DNA from: a virus
Lineage: Duplodnaviria; Caudoviricetes
Virus record (IMG/VR): IMGVR_UViG_3300019872_000002
Location: 1 to 64,000 of that record
Direction: 5' to 3' (one strand)
DNA length: 64,000 bases
In this document: one piece after another, positions 20,106-29,328 of the stretch
Position numbering within the stretch: the stretch's first letter is position 1
How the letters are laid out: every line of letters starts with the position of its first letter
Translations under genes and position numbers: made by a program
The notes under the pieces: generated by a model
The model's database searches: none
What the model was told of the DNA's origin: nothing
Seen by the model: the letters and a program-made list of their open reading frames with translations, nothing else

Positions 20106-22135
20106 ATGAAGTATTCAAAGCCAAAAGTAACAATAGACTTAGATGAATATAACGAGCTAAAAAAGATACAACATTCTATTCGTGATAAAGGGCTTGACAT
20201 CTTAACTAGATGGATTGTATATAATCATCAAGATATTATTAAAGAAGTCACTGAGGAGCTTTACAAATATAACCTTGAGATTTATATGGATGCCCAATCT
20301 GACCGTTATTCAATAAGATCACCTAAAGATAAACCATAATGAAATTTGATATCCCTAAAAGAGGCAATAAGCCCTCACACTTAAGCGAAACAGCAAAGCA
20401 AGTCGCTTTACACTCAAAACTAAAACAACTCAGCATAGCGGATATAAAGGCTCTTCTTGACGAAAGCCAAGCGGCCATGGCTGATGCAGAGGCTATAACA
20501 TATGATCCTATTGAATATGAGAAGTGGTACACGCGCTTTAACCATCTGCAAGATGAGATAAAAAGCAGAGCTACTCATCTGTTTTACGAATATGAAAGCT
20601 AATGAAATGGAAAAGGACATGTACATCCCTGAAGCACTTGATTGGGTTACCTGGCTATTGATTGCCATTACCCTTGCGATATTAATTAACAGAATCTATT
20701 TACACTTTAAAACATACGGAATGAGCAGACTTCCCCGACACGAGAGGCACACTCACTTTTGGATACAGGATAAGGTATTGCATGAATCTTACACAACAGA
20801 AAGAGGAATGAGGAGCATGCCTATCATGTCAGTGCCTGATTTTGAGGATACGGATGATTGTGATGCAGAATGCCTAGCCAAAATCGAAGAGATATGTCAC
20901 AAATAAAAGCTACCGACTTAGTTGAAAATCAAAGAAGCATTACAGAGGTATACAGTAGGCTTTGCACGGTCAGCAACAACATACCCGATTACGACCCGGA
21001 CAAGAAAGGATTTGACATGTGTTTAATGCTCTTGAAGGAAGAATTAGCCGACTGTTGGTATGTTAACCAGCTTCATCAAATTAAACGCTTAGAACTCAAG
21101 AATGACAAGCTGAAATTGGAAAACAACGATCTCAAAGAAGACAAAGCGGTATTGCTAAGAAGAATCAAATTATTAACAACTTAAAATATGAAAACAGGAA
21201 CAGAATTAATGGCGCTAGACCATAACTCGCTAGTAGAACATGCTTTAGATTTGCAGGACAGACTATTAAAAGCTACTCAGAACTTAGGTCATCCGGCTTA
21301 TGGTTTGAGTTCATCCACAACATTTGGCATTGATGAACTCAGAGAAGAGTTGTTTGACTTTCTTGAAGTACCTAAAAAAGATTAGTTATGAACCCAGCAG
21401 CAGGATTAGTACAAACATTTATTATCATCATTGCATTAGCGTGTGTTTTGGTTGGCGCAGTCACATTTGGTATTACTAAACTTTCACAACCAAAAGAATT
21501 GGTAGTTAAGAAAAAATTAGTACCAGATATACGTCTTACTACTGACGGTAAAAAAGTGGATACAGTATTCGTTTACAAAATTAGATAAAATGGAAAAGGC
21601 TAAAGATTTAATACAAGAAATGCAAACTACTTATGAAAATAGTTCTATTACTAACGACGTAGATAGTTTAAAGTCGGATATCAATAATACTCTTGTTACT
21701 TATCTCCCCGGTGATTTAACTGTTAACCAGTTTGAAGCAATAGCGGTTACAATAGTTCATATCATCACAAATCCAAAAGAATACTTAAAATAATCACAAT
21801 TAAAACCTTTCGGTAGTAGGTAAACCGTACAAACAATTATGAGTAATATGAATTTAGATTTAGGCAAAGTCCCCACGATAGAGTCTACCACATTCTTTAA
21901 CGATTTCCTAAATGCAATAGGAATAGAGCATGATGACATTAGAATGTCAATTAACCGTTTGGAATCTTTATTGAACCGAGTTCAAGATACTTCTGTACCT
22001 AAAGATGTTCAAAAAGAAAGCGAATATTCAAATGGGAATGACCTTATGAGTGCTTTAAAGAGACAATTAGAAACATCAACTGAATTAAGACGTGATCTCC
22101 GTTCATTAGTAACTAAATCAGAAACACTTTTTTAA
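20106..22135 (+). CDS. Cluster of small hypothetical ORFs (20106..20339, 20339..20602, 20592..20906, 20894..21184, 21188..21385, 21388..21588, 21590..21793, 21839..22135)
   Basis: Contiguous ORFs. 20592..20906 and 21388..21588 have a TM helix. Confidence 0.6.
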
Positions 22136-22145
22136 ATAAACAACA

Positions 22146-22322
22146 ATGGAAAATTACAACAAGCTAAAACAACTGGTCAACGACATTGAGATTGACGTAA
22201 ACAAATTTGAAAGAGGTTCACGCGCTCCGGGAGCAAGAATCAGAAAGGCTATGCAGGAAGCTAAGGTACTAGCCCAGCAGATTAGGATTGAAGTGACTAC
22301 CGCGATTAATAGTAAAAAATAG
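22146..22322 (+). CDS. Hc1-like 'histone H1' small basic protein (58 aa)
   Basis: Manual translation MENYNKLKQLVNDIEIDVNKFERGSRAPGARIRKAMQEAKVLAQQIRIEVTTAINSKK resembles the Bacteroidota 'histone H1'/Hc1 family. It is below the ORF-track cutoff. Confidence 0.75.
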   Translation: MENYNKLKQLVNDIEIDVNKFERGSRAPGARIRKAMQEAKVLAQQIRIEVTTAINSKK

Positions 22323-22323
22323 A

Positions 22324-22590
22324 ATGCCGTTTTACATCAAGAAAAACGTTACGCCCATAGAAGCTAAGGAGCTAACGCAAACTAATCGTGAAGAATTAAT
22401 GGAATGGTGCTGTGGGAAGAAAGGATTAGATGGTTCTATTAGATTAAAAACTCCTGAAAGTGGAGAAGGCACTCAAAATGTTGTAACCGGAGACTTTATT
22501 TTAAAAGGCTATAGTGAAGAAGAAGGATGGCACTTTTGGCCTGTAAAACCTAGTTACTTTCATGATAACTATAAAAAAGTAAACGAATAA
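22324..22590 (+). CDS. Conserved phage hypothetical protein
   Basis: KKNVTPIEA...LKTPE...GDFILKG...WPVKPSYFHDNY, a pattern familiar from phage proteins. Confidence 0.7.
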   Translation: MPFYIKKNVTPIEAKELTQTNREELMEWCCGKKGLDGSIRLKTPESGEGTQNVVTGDFILKGYSEEEGWHFWPVKPSYFHDNYKKVNE

Positions 22591-22613
22591 TTTATCAATA
22601 AGATGTTTAACAG

Positions 22614-22646
22614 AACGCTTGGGAGGTAAGGTGCCCAAGCGTTTTT
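22614..22646 (+). terminator. Intrinsic terminator at the convergence of early and late arms
   Basis: Perfect 10-bp stem AACGCTTGGG/CCCAAGCGTT followed by a T-run. Confidence 0.85.
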
Positions 22647-22675
22647 AATTGTGGCAAATTCGCCATAGTTAGAAT

Positions 22676-23476
22676 TTACACGACGTTTTCATTAGGAAAA
22701 TCATCCCCGGTCTTCGCTATGTTGTTCATTAACCAGATGTAGTTTGCTTTCTTCCTATCCTGTGGGAATTGGCTAATGATCTGTTTGAAATTAATATCCT
22801 CCCTAACCTCTTTATTCTTTAAAAGGTTATCATAGTCCTTCCCGGTGAAGTTAGTCTTCCCTGCATCGAATATGCCATATTTATTCCCTAAGTACCGTAC
22901 TGCATCCAACCTAGCCTTAACCTCTGTAGGCTTTTGGATTTCTCCCTCAAAACGACTATTAGTAGGAGGAATAAAGATCTTCCTCAGATAACGCTCATCA
23001 AACGCTGGCGAGTAAGGTTGCCTACTATCGTTTAGCCCGTGTGAAGTCTCATGAGCCATAGTTGTAGGTGCTTGGTTTGCTACCAAGTCCTCTCTCAATC
23101 TGATATCTCCAATAGAACTATCGTAAGCTCCGGCTACACTCCTTCCTAAGTCAACATCCCCTACACTTGTTTTCCCTGCTATACGGCCTAGAGACTCGTT
23201 ATTTGCTGCCAATACCTTATCTACAACTTGGTTAGTCGGGTCAGTAGTCTGAGATTGAGCCATCACCTCATTATTGAATCTCCCCGGGTTAGTTGTGTTC
23301 TGCAGCATCCGTTCAGTATTTACCATCCTCCCTAATCTTTCTTTATACTTATCAGAATTGGTGTAGTCCCGAATAAACTCAAACTGTTTCCTAATCTCAG
23401 GCAAGAGAGAAACCCCTACTTTAGTCGCTTTGGTCGTATCAACCTTGACAACTGGTTTTTTGTCTTCATCTGGCAT
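22676..23476 (-). CDS. Zincin-like metallopeptidase
   Basis: HETSH (HExxH) at 23039-23053, preceded by AGAYDS and followed by PTEVKARL. ATG at 23476 is preferred. Confidence 0.75.
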   Translation of the reverse strand: MPDEDKKPVVKVDTTKATKVGVSLLPEIRKQFEFIRDYTNSDKYKERLGRMVNTERMLQNTTNPGRFNNEVMAQSQTTDPTNQVVDKVLAANNESLGRIAGKTSVGDVDLGRSVAGAYDSSIGDIRLREDLVANQAPTTMAHETSHGLNDSRQPYSPAFDERYLRKIFIPPTNSRFEGEIQKPTEVKARLDAVRYLGNKYGIFDAGKTNFTGKDYDNLLKNKEVREDINFKQIISQFPQDRKKANYIWLMNNIAKTGDDFPNENVV

Positions 23477-23480
23477 AGTC

Positions 23481-24032
23481 TTAAGCTTTAGGTACAATGA
23501 GCCATTTGTAAACGAAGAAGGCAGCAATAGCAAACACACCAAGGCCGAACAGAGACCAGTATAGCGCGTTATTGTTTGCATCCGTTTTCTTGTCTTTCGT
23601 ATGGATAGTAATTGTACGGGTAATATAATGTGTATTGTTAAAATTGGAATCCACCCGTAAATAAAGCCATTTAACAGACTTTTGTTGCGAGTATGAATTA
23701 TCGGTAGACTTGCTATTCAAAAGCTCTGTAATGCGCTGTTTTAATGTTCCATTTTCATTGAACAATTCAGTGATCTTGCTCTCCTGCTTCTCATCAACTT
23801 TAGCTGTCTGCGTTTTGGTTACTGTACTATCCCCTTTACTCGTTTGAGAAGACACATTCCCTACGCTGGTAGATTTGTCTGACTGCTCATCTTTAGAGTT
23901 CACGACACTGCTTTGCGCTTTCCTTGCTCCGCAGCTACTTGCAACCATAGCTAAAATAATATACAGGAAGATGAGAAATATAATTCCCAATACAGTCTTC
24001 CATACGGGTGACTTAACTTGTGGCTGTTCCAT
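23481..24032 (-). CDS. Lipoprotein with C-terminal TM (unimolecular-spanin-like)
   Basis: Hydrophobic signal ending in lipobox-like VASSC, an S/T/K-rich periplasmic segment and a C-terminal TM; located in the lysis cassette. Confidence 0.6.
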   Translation of the reverse strand: MEQPQVKSPVWKTVLGIIFLIFLYIILAMVASSCGARKAQSSVVNSKDEQSDKSTSVGNVSSQTSKGDSTVTKTQTAKVDEKQESKITELFNENGTLKQRITELLNSKSTDNSYSQQKSVKWLYLRVDSNFNNTHYITRTITIHTKDKKTDANNNALYWSLFGLGVFAIAAFFVYKWLIVPKA

Positions 24033-24339
24033 TGTCTTCTGGTTTAGGTGTGATTGCTGGTTCTGTTGTAACGGTTGCTGATCCATCAGGGGAAACCTCT
24101 GTTGTTACCTTCTGATCATTCTTTTTGCCTGGTGTTATGATGTTACCCGATAGAAGGAAGCCTACTGCAGACATGATCAATGACCCCTGTAAGAAGCCTT
24201 GACAGTTGCTAACCAAATCCCGGTGCTCAACAGGCGTATTGAAAAAAATAAGCGACATCATAGCGATAAAGCTCAGCAGGAAAACCCCTGTACAAAACCA
24301 GAAGAGGTAGATAAACTTTTCGTGTTCAAAATCTTTCAT
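24013..24339 (-). CDS. Two-TM membrane protein (holin-like)
   Basis: Two hydrophobic helices and a charged tail, directly downstream of the endolysin. Confidence 0.55.
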   Translation of the reverse strand: MKDFEHEKFIYLFWFCTGVFLLSFIAMMSLIFFNTPVEHRDLVSNCQGFLQGSLIMSAVGFLLSGNIITPGKKNDQKVTTEVSPDGSATVTTEPAITPKPEDNGTATS

Positions 24340-24341
24340 AA

Positions 24342-24762
24342 TTATTTCTTTAATTCAAAATGTGGGTAATCTTTGAAACTTTTCCACCCCCCCGCCCCAA
24401 TCAACCTTAATACCCATACATTTAGCCGTAGCCAATATATGAGCCGATATCACCCGGAGGTTGGCTACATCATTATATTGGACCTTTCCATCTACATAAG
24501 GGTACAAATCTACAGCCCAACCGTAGCCATCACTTTTAACTTGATGATTTGACTTATTTTTAACCCCGTCAGCGTTAGTTACAATCTCTCCGGGCTTAGT
24601 TCTACCCTTAGCATATAAAGATTGTTGATATGCCGTTGTACGAGTCCCCTGATCAATTGTAAAGTCTACGGGTGTATCTTTAATTGCTTCTTTCATCACC
24701 TTGACTAAGTCAGGATGAACACCTTCTAGCTTTGCTAAGCTTCCTTTTCCGAATACTGCCAT
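24342..24762 (-). CDS. Endolysin, M15 family peptidase, with apparent +1 frameshift near the 3' end
   Basis: LEGVHPDL, QGTRT..QQSLYAKGRT, KSNH, WAVD. The expected ending WGGGWKSFKDYPHFELKK is out of frame because of G7 at 24387-24393. Confidence 0.85.
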
Positions 24763-24779
24763 AATATTGTTTTTTATTT

Positions 24780-24787
24780 CAAAGGTA
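24780..24787 (-). promoter_or_regulatory. TAnnTTTG promoter box (TACCTTTG) before endolysin
   Basis: Exact match 17 nt upstream of the ATG. Confidence 0.65.
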
Positions 24788-24801
24788 GACATACACCCCC
24801 A

Positions 24802-24835
24802 AAACAAAAAATGGCTACCCTTCTCAAGATAGCCA
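24802..24835 (-). terminator. Putative intrinsic terminator
   Basis: TGGCTA/TAGCCA stem followed by a T-rich tract on the minus strand. Confidence 0.55.
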
Positions 24836-24856
24836 CACACATTAAAGCAAAGCAGA

Positions 24857-25219
24857 TTACTGTTTATTCATTAACTTCTTTATTCTACTTGAATTCATCC
24901 TGATCAGAGCCAGTACGCACCCCCAAGCTAAGGGAGATAATAACAAAATGAATATTGGCCTGCTTAATATCTTGTTCTCCATTAACTGCCCTATAAGGGT
25001 CATATTGATAAAGAACAACACGACAATGAACAACATGTACAGCAGATAGGCCGGATTACGACTGATATACTTAACTCCCCTGCGATCACCAAACCGAATA
25101 GCCCTTACCACACTCCAATACAAACCGTACTTCATATCGTGAATAATTAAGATAAGAGTACACATTAACGCCAGTATGACAAGTATGTTGATTATGTATA
25201 ATGCAGTAAGTAAGATCAT
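24857..25219 (-). CDS. Three-TM membrane protein
   Basis: Three hydrophobic segments; in the lysis region. Confidence 0.6.
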   Translation of the reverse strand: MILLTALYIINILVILALMCTLILIIHDMKYGLYWSVVRAIRFGDRRGVKYISRNPAYLLYMLFIVVLFFINMTLIGQLMENKILSRPIFILLLSPLAWGCVLALIRMNSSRIKKLMNKQ

Positions 25220-25647
25220 TTCGTTTCCTCCTGTTCTGATTTATGGTCACTAGGCTTCGGATCGTCGGCCATGACCTTTCTAAGCAAAAACCGGGCATAA
25301 GATGTTAAACCCATTTTCATCGTCTTCTCCAACAACCCAACTATAAACACCGAAAAGCAAGAACAAAAGAACAAATACCACTCTATCTTGAATCGCAACC
25401 CAAAATCCCTATAGCCAAGAGCGCACAAGTAACATAGGCACAAGCTCATTACAGCCTGTATAAAAGAGTTTCTCCACGTGAAGGTATGATTCTTCAACTC
25501 AATCATTACACGCAGCAGAAAGCCCATAGCCACAGCTATAACAGCCCCAATATAGAAAGTAGCGTCCTGTGGATCTGCAGCTATCAATATAGCATTGACC
25601 ACTATGAAGTTTAAAGTTGATTTTGCTAAGCTCACCACAATGTTCAT
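25216..25647 (-). CDS. Multi-TM holin-like protein
   Basis: Several TM helices with a charged C-terminal tail; upstream of the endolysin. Confidence 0.55.
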   Translation of the reverse strand: MNIVVSLAKSTLNFIVVNAILIAADPQDATFYIGAVIAVAMGFLLRVMIELKNHTFTWRNSFIQAVMSLCLCYLCALGYRDFGLRFKIEWYLFFCSCFSVFIVGLLEKTMKMGLTSYARFLLRKVMADDPKPSDHKSEQEETK

Positions 25648-25991
25648 TTATTTAAAGATTTATAATTCATAGCGCAGTAGGTAAGGAATATCGCAAACGT
25701 AGCACATAGCACAAAAAGAAATACGTCTATGTTATAAATCCTCAACGATGTATCAATTACCACGCAAAGAACCGTGTAAGCTACTCGTAATAACGTAATA
25801 AAAACAATGTATTCTAAAAATAGCTGCTCCATCCGTGTATTCTTCTTAGGGTGTAGAATAAAGCCACACAATGTTGTCATAAACAGCAACTGTGTAATGA
25901 TATGCACCCCACCCCAAAAATAAGTATCCCCACCAAATTGTAGGTAAATGATGAATGTAAACAAGTACACAAGAGAAGCAGCTACTTTCAT
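25644..25991 (-). CDS. Four-TM membrane protein
   Basis: Almost entirely hydrophobic 115-aa ORF. Confidence 0.65.
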   Translation of the reverse strand: MKVAASLVYLFTFIIYLQFGGDTYFWGGVHIITQLLFMTTLCGFILHPKKNTRMEQLFLEYIVFITLLRVAYTVLCVVIDTSLRIYNIDVFLFVLCATFAIFLTYCAMNYKSLNK

Positions 25992-25992
25992 A

Positions 25993-26112
25993 CTAACCTT
26001 TTTTAGTAGGGTCTTTAGGAACTAAATCCCCGGTGTCGTCGGCTTCTGATTGAAGGCTCTCGGTTTGCTCAGGAAGTTCTTCTTCCTCGTTCTCTTTTGG
26101 ATCTGTGTTCAT
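25993..26112 (-). CDS. 39-aa acidic micropeptide
   Basis: Manual translation MNTDPKENEEEELPEQTESLQSEADDTGDLVPKDPTKKG. It lies between a promoter-like box and the 4-TM gene. Confidence 0.6.
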   Translation of the reverse strand: MNTDPKENEEEELPEQTESLQSEADDTGDLVPKDPTKKG

Positions 26113-26128
26113 AGCTTTTAATTTTCAA

Positions 26129-26136
26129 TAAAGGTA
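26129..26136 (-). promoter_or_regulatory. Promoter-like box TACCTTTA
   Basis: One mismatch to TAnnTTTG, just downstream of a terminator. Confidence 0.5.
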
Positions 26137-26156
26137 CTACGATTTAGCACTTAAAC

Positions 26157-26191
26157 AAAAAGCCTAGTACCACTTAAGATACTAGGCTTTT
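26157..26191 (-). terminator. Intrinsic terminator after tail fibre
   Basis: AAAAGCCTAGTA/TACTAGGCTTTT inverted repeat with T-runs on both strands. Confidence 0.85.
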
Positions 26192-26209
26192 AAAGCGTTT
26201 GTAATCATA

Positions 26210-28177
26210 TTACTTGAATACAGCTCCTTCAAAAGATACCAGTCCGGTTATACCAGTTAAATAAACCACGTCAAAGGTTGTTGTTGTTTTGTTTGACACA
26301 TAAAACACTGCGGCAGCCAGCATACTTGTAGGTGTTACAGATACTTTATATGTCGTATTAGCCATTGTCTGACCTATAGTAACCGTAAAAACTGTCTGTG
26401 CAGTCCCTGTTACTGAAAATGAATAAGGTATAGGTAAGTTGCTAGTTGTTGCAATTACCCCTGTTACTCCGGTTGGATAGGATAAATAATTTGAATCTGC
26501 AAAAACAATCCTATCACTATCATAAGCTATTCCTTTTACAATTAATGGGTTATTAAATGTTTGAGTAGCTGACCACGTATGAGAAGTTGAGTAAATAGAA
26601 GATATATCAGAAGTATAAGCTACTGTTCCATCTAAAGCCCTCCATGTAGCGACATTCACAGAGCTATTAGTAGGTAAAGCAAAACCTAATGTACCCACAG
26701 TATTCTTCATCAATAATTGGCTTGAACCCGCTGCAATATTCACCTCTCCAGCAGCAGGAGCTGAAATTCCAGAATTTGTTAAATTAACTGCCGCTGTATA
26801 AATATACCCCAATTGATTATCTATATAGTTACTTGCTATTCCTCCTGTAAATGTTTTTCTTCCTGCTGCTGATTGCGCAGTTGTAAGATTCATATAACCT
26901 GCTAAGTTAGCAGCTAAACGCCACTTACTTACAACTCCATTAACACCTGCGCTATCTACAGCATTTAATATACTTGGTGTTGTAGTGCTATTGGTAACAA
27001 CAGGAGTAAGCAATCCATAACCAGATGTTGCAGCTACAGAGGTAACAGTGCCACTCCCTCCTGGTGCATAATTAGGTATATTTAAAGCTCCTGTACTTTG
27101 ATTAAAAATTGCAGCACCAGAAGTTCCTGTAGTTGTTATTGTAATTAAATTTTGTTTTGAATCTAACTCCATCTTTCTTACTACATCAGTAGAATTTGTT
27201 GGGGCAGTTGCTGCGGTAATTTTACCATTTACTTGTAACTTTTCTCCATTGTCCGTTGTAGTCCCAATAAGCGTATTACCATTCAGATAATTCTTGGCAG
27301 TCCCATTTGAATAGATATTATACTTATTTGTGCTCGAAGATAATGATAATCCTATTCCGTAATTAGTAGCTCCATTTGTCAAATCATCTACCAATAATCC
27401 GTATTGTCTTGTAATGGCTGATCCAGCTCCAAGAGTCCCCTGTGTAGCTCTATAATGTATCACATCTGCTACTGTAAACGCAGCGGCAGCAGTCCCTAAT
27501 ACGCTCCTATACCCACTGGCAGAAGTCGTAACATCAGATTGTATAAAGTTAGAACTATAATTTCCAGTGGCACTGACGGCACCAAATAAATTTCTATTAT
27601 TATAATAATTTATTCCAGCAACTAAAGTTCCAGCTAAAGATAACTGGCCTCCTATAACTCCATTACCACTAATATTGAAATTAGCTGTTTGTTGTGAAGT
27701 ATTATTAAATATATATAGAGGATCAGTCCCTGATTTAATGACACTAAAAGCTGATAATGTTTTAGCATAAGAAGGAACATTTGGATCTGTTTCTACCGTC
27801 AGAAAACTACTAGGATTACCAGTTAATGGATACGCATCTGTAATACCATAACCTAAAATTGTTGTTGGTTTAGAGCCTATCTGAGCAAAATTATAATCAT
27901 TAGATTGCGCAGTAACAACTCCTGTTCTTCCAAAAATAGAGCTTACGACACTACCACTAATACTTGAAAAAGTTATCCAACTGCTTCCATCATAATATTT
28001 CATTTGATTAGCAATAGTATCATACCATATAGATCCCTTTCCTATGAAAGGAGAGGTGCTTCTAACCGGAGGTAATAACCCATTCGTAAATTGAGTGGAT
28101 GCGGGATTAATAGTTTGACTAAATGATGATGATATATATACAACCATCATTAAAAATGATATAATTATCCGTTTCAT
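26210..28177 (-). CDS. Tail fibre / receptor-binding protein
   Basis: G/S/T-rich, with KPTTILGYGITDAY and IGTTTDNGEKLQVNG fibre-type repeats. Confidence 0.75.
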   Translation of the reverse strand: MKRIIISFLMMVVYISSSFSQTINPASTQFTNGLLPPVRSTSPFIGKGSIWYDTIANQMKYYDGSSWITFSSISGSVVSSIFGRTGVVTAQSNDYNFAQIGSKPTTILGYGITDAYPLTGNPSSFLTVETDPNVPSYAKTLSAFSVIKSGTDPLYIFNNTSQQTANFNISGNGVIGGQLSLAGTLVAGINYYNNRNLFGAVSATGNYSSNFIQSDVTTSASGYRSVLGTAAAAFTVADVIHYRATQGTLGAGSAITRQYGLLVDDLTNGATNYGIGLSLSSSTNKYNIYSNGTAKNYLNGNTLIGTTTDNGEKLQVNGKITAATAPTNSTDVVRKMELDSKQNLITITTTGTSGAAIFNQSTGALNIPNYAPGGSGTVTSVAATSGYGLLTPVVTNSTTTPSILNAVDSAGVNGVVSKWRLAANLAGYMNLTTAQSAAGRKTFTGGIASNYIDNQLGYIYTAAVNLTNSGISAPAAGEVNIAAGSSQLLMKNTVGTLGFALPTNSSVNVATWRALDGTVAYTSDISSIYSTSHTWSATQTFNNPLIVKGIAYDSDRIVFADSNYLSYPTGVTGVIATTSNLPIPYSFSVTGTAQTVFTVTIGQTMANTTYKVSVTPTSMLAAAVFYVSNKTTTTFDVVYLTGITGLVSFEGAVFK

Positions 28178-29328
28178 TATGATCTATTTTTATCGATAAA
28201 AGGAATTAAATCCAACACGGTATATGCGCCATTAGCAATTAATCCATGAGCTAACCCTGATGGGTGCAATCTTTGTCCAGCAGCTCTTTCAATATCCCTA
28301 ATATTAATATCGGTGGATGGGGTTGAACTAAGTGTAAATGCCGTGCTTTGATCATAAAACCATACATTATTAATACTACCCCCTCCATTTGCTGTATTAG
28401 TGGCAACATCTTGACAGGCATCTCTGTAAGTCTGTATATTACCAGCGATAGATGATAGATCTGTTGGTGAAGGGGCAAAGAAAATAACAGGAGCATGTGG
28501 ACGATGATTATTTCTATGTGTAATAGCCGCAATAAGATTGGATTTATATTCTGAGATTGAAATTATTGCACCATAAGTATTCCCAACATTAGCATCATTT
28601 AACCCATAACTAACATTGAAAACATCATATTCTACATCATAGTAACCTGCTTGTAAAGCTTGAAAAAACTGCCTGGATGTTTCACTTGACTTACCCTTAT
28701 TAACCAATCTGCAATCAAAACCTGATGCCCTTAATTTATTTGTGATTCTAAATGCATATAAATCTTGACCTATATAATTGGCTCCATTAACATCTGTACC
28801 CATACTTCCTACTGTAGTACTATCTCCTGCTAATAAGTATATATATTTTGCTTTAAAATGAAAATCAGCAGTAATATTAATAGCGTTAAAACCAGCAGCT
28901 ACATATGGCTTAGCTGTACTACCAGAATAAACCTTTAATCTACATCCTCCCTTTTCGTATACAATAAATCTTGAATTAGAAAAATCAGAACCCCCATTCG
29001 GGCCTAATATTCCCTCTTCTGAGGATATTGACCCTTGGATATTACTAAATCTACCTTGATCTGTGGCAAGTAGCCAAGCTACAGAAGAGTCTCCAGAAAT
29101 ATGAAATCCGTATACTAACAAAGCTCTACCATAATCTGGAACTGCATCTAAAGACAATATCTGACTCCATAGAGTCACCGTTGGTCTCGTTGTTGGAAAT
29201 GTTGATGTTGTAAATGAAGACCCATACCTAAATAATTCACCTTCCTGTGAAAGCTGTTCTATAGAAGGGAATCCATTTATTGATACATCAATATTTTTTC
29301 CAAATTCATTTCTTATTGCTAAACTCAT
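28177..29328 (-). CDS. SGNH/GDSL hydrolase, probably tail-associated
   Basis: Block I AGDSTT, block II NKGKSS, block III YGLND, block V LHPSGLAH. Confidence 0.8.
   Translation of the reverse strand: MSLAIRNEFGKNIDVSINGFPSIEQLSQEGELFRYGSSFTTSTFPTTRPTVTLWSQILSLDAVPDYGRALLVYGFHISGDSSVAWLLATDQGRFSNIQGSISSEEGILGPNGGSDFSNSRFIVYEKGGCRLKVYSGSTAKPYVAAGFNAINITADFHFKAKYIYLLAGDSTTVGSMGTDVNGANYIGQDLYAFRITNKLRASGFDCRLVNKGKSSETSRQFFQALQAGYYDVEYDVFNVSYGLNDANVGNTYGAIISISEYKSNLIAAITHRNNHRPHAPVIFFAPSPTDLSSIAGNIQTYRDACQDVATNTANGGGSINNVWFYDQSTAFTLSSTPSTDINIRDIERAAGQRLHPSGLAHGLIANGAYTVLDLIPFIDKNRS

Noticed and set aside
28251-28532. Alternative-frame minus ORF inside the SGNH gene as a sign of frameshift
   Set aside because: All four SGNH blocks are in the main frame, so there is no lesion.
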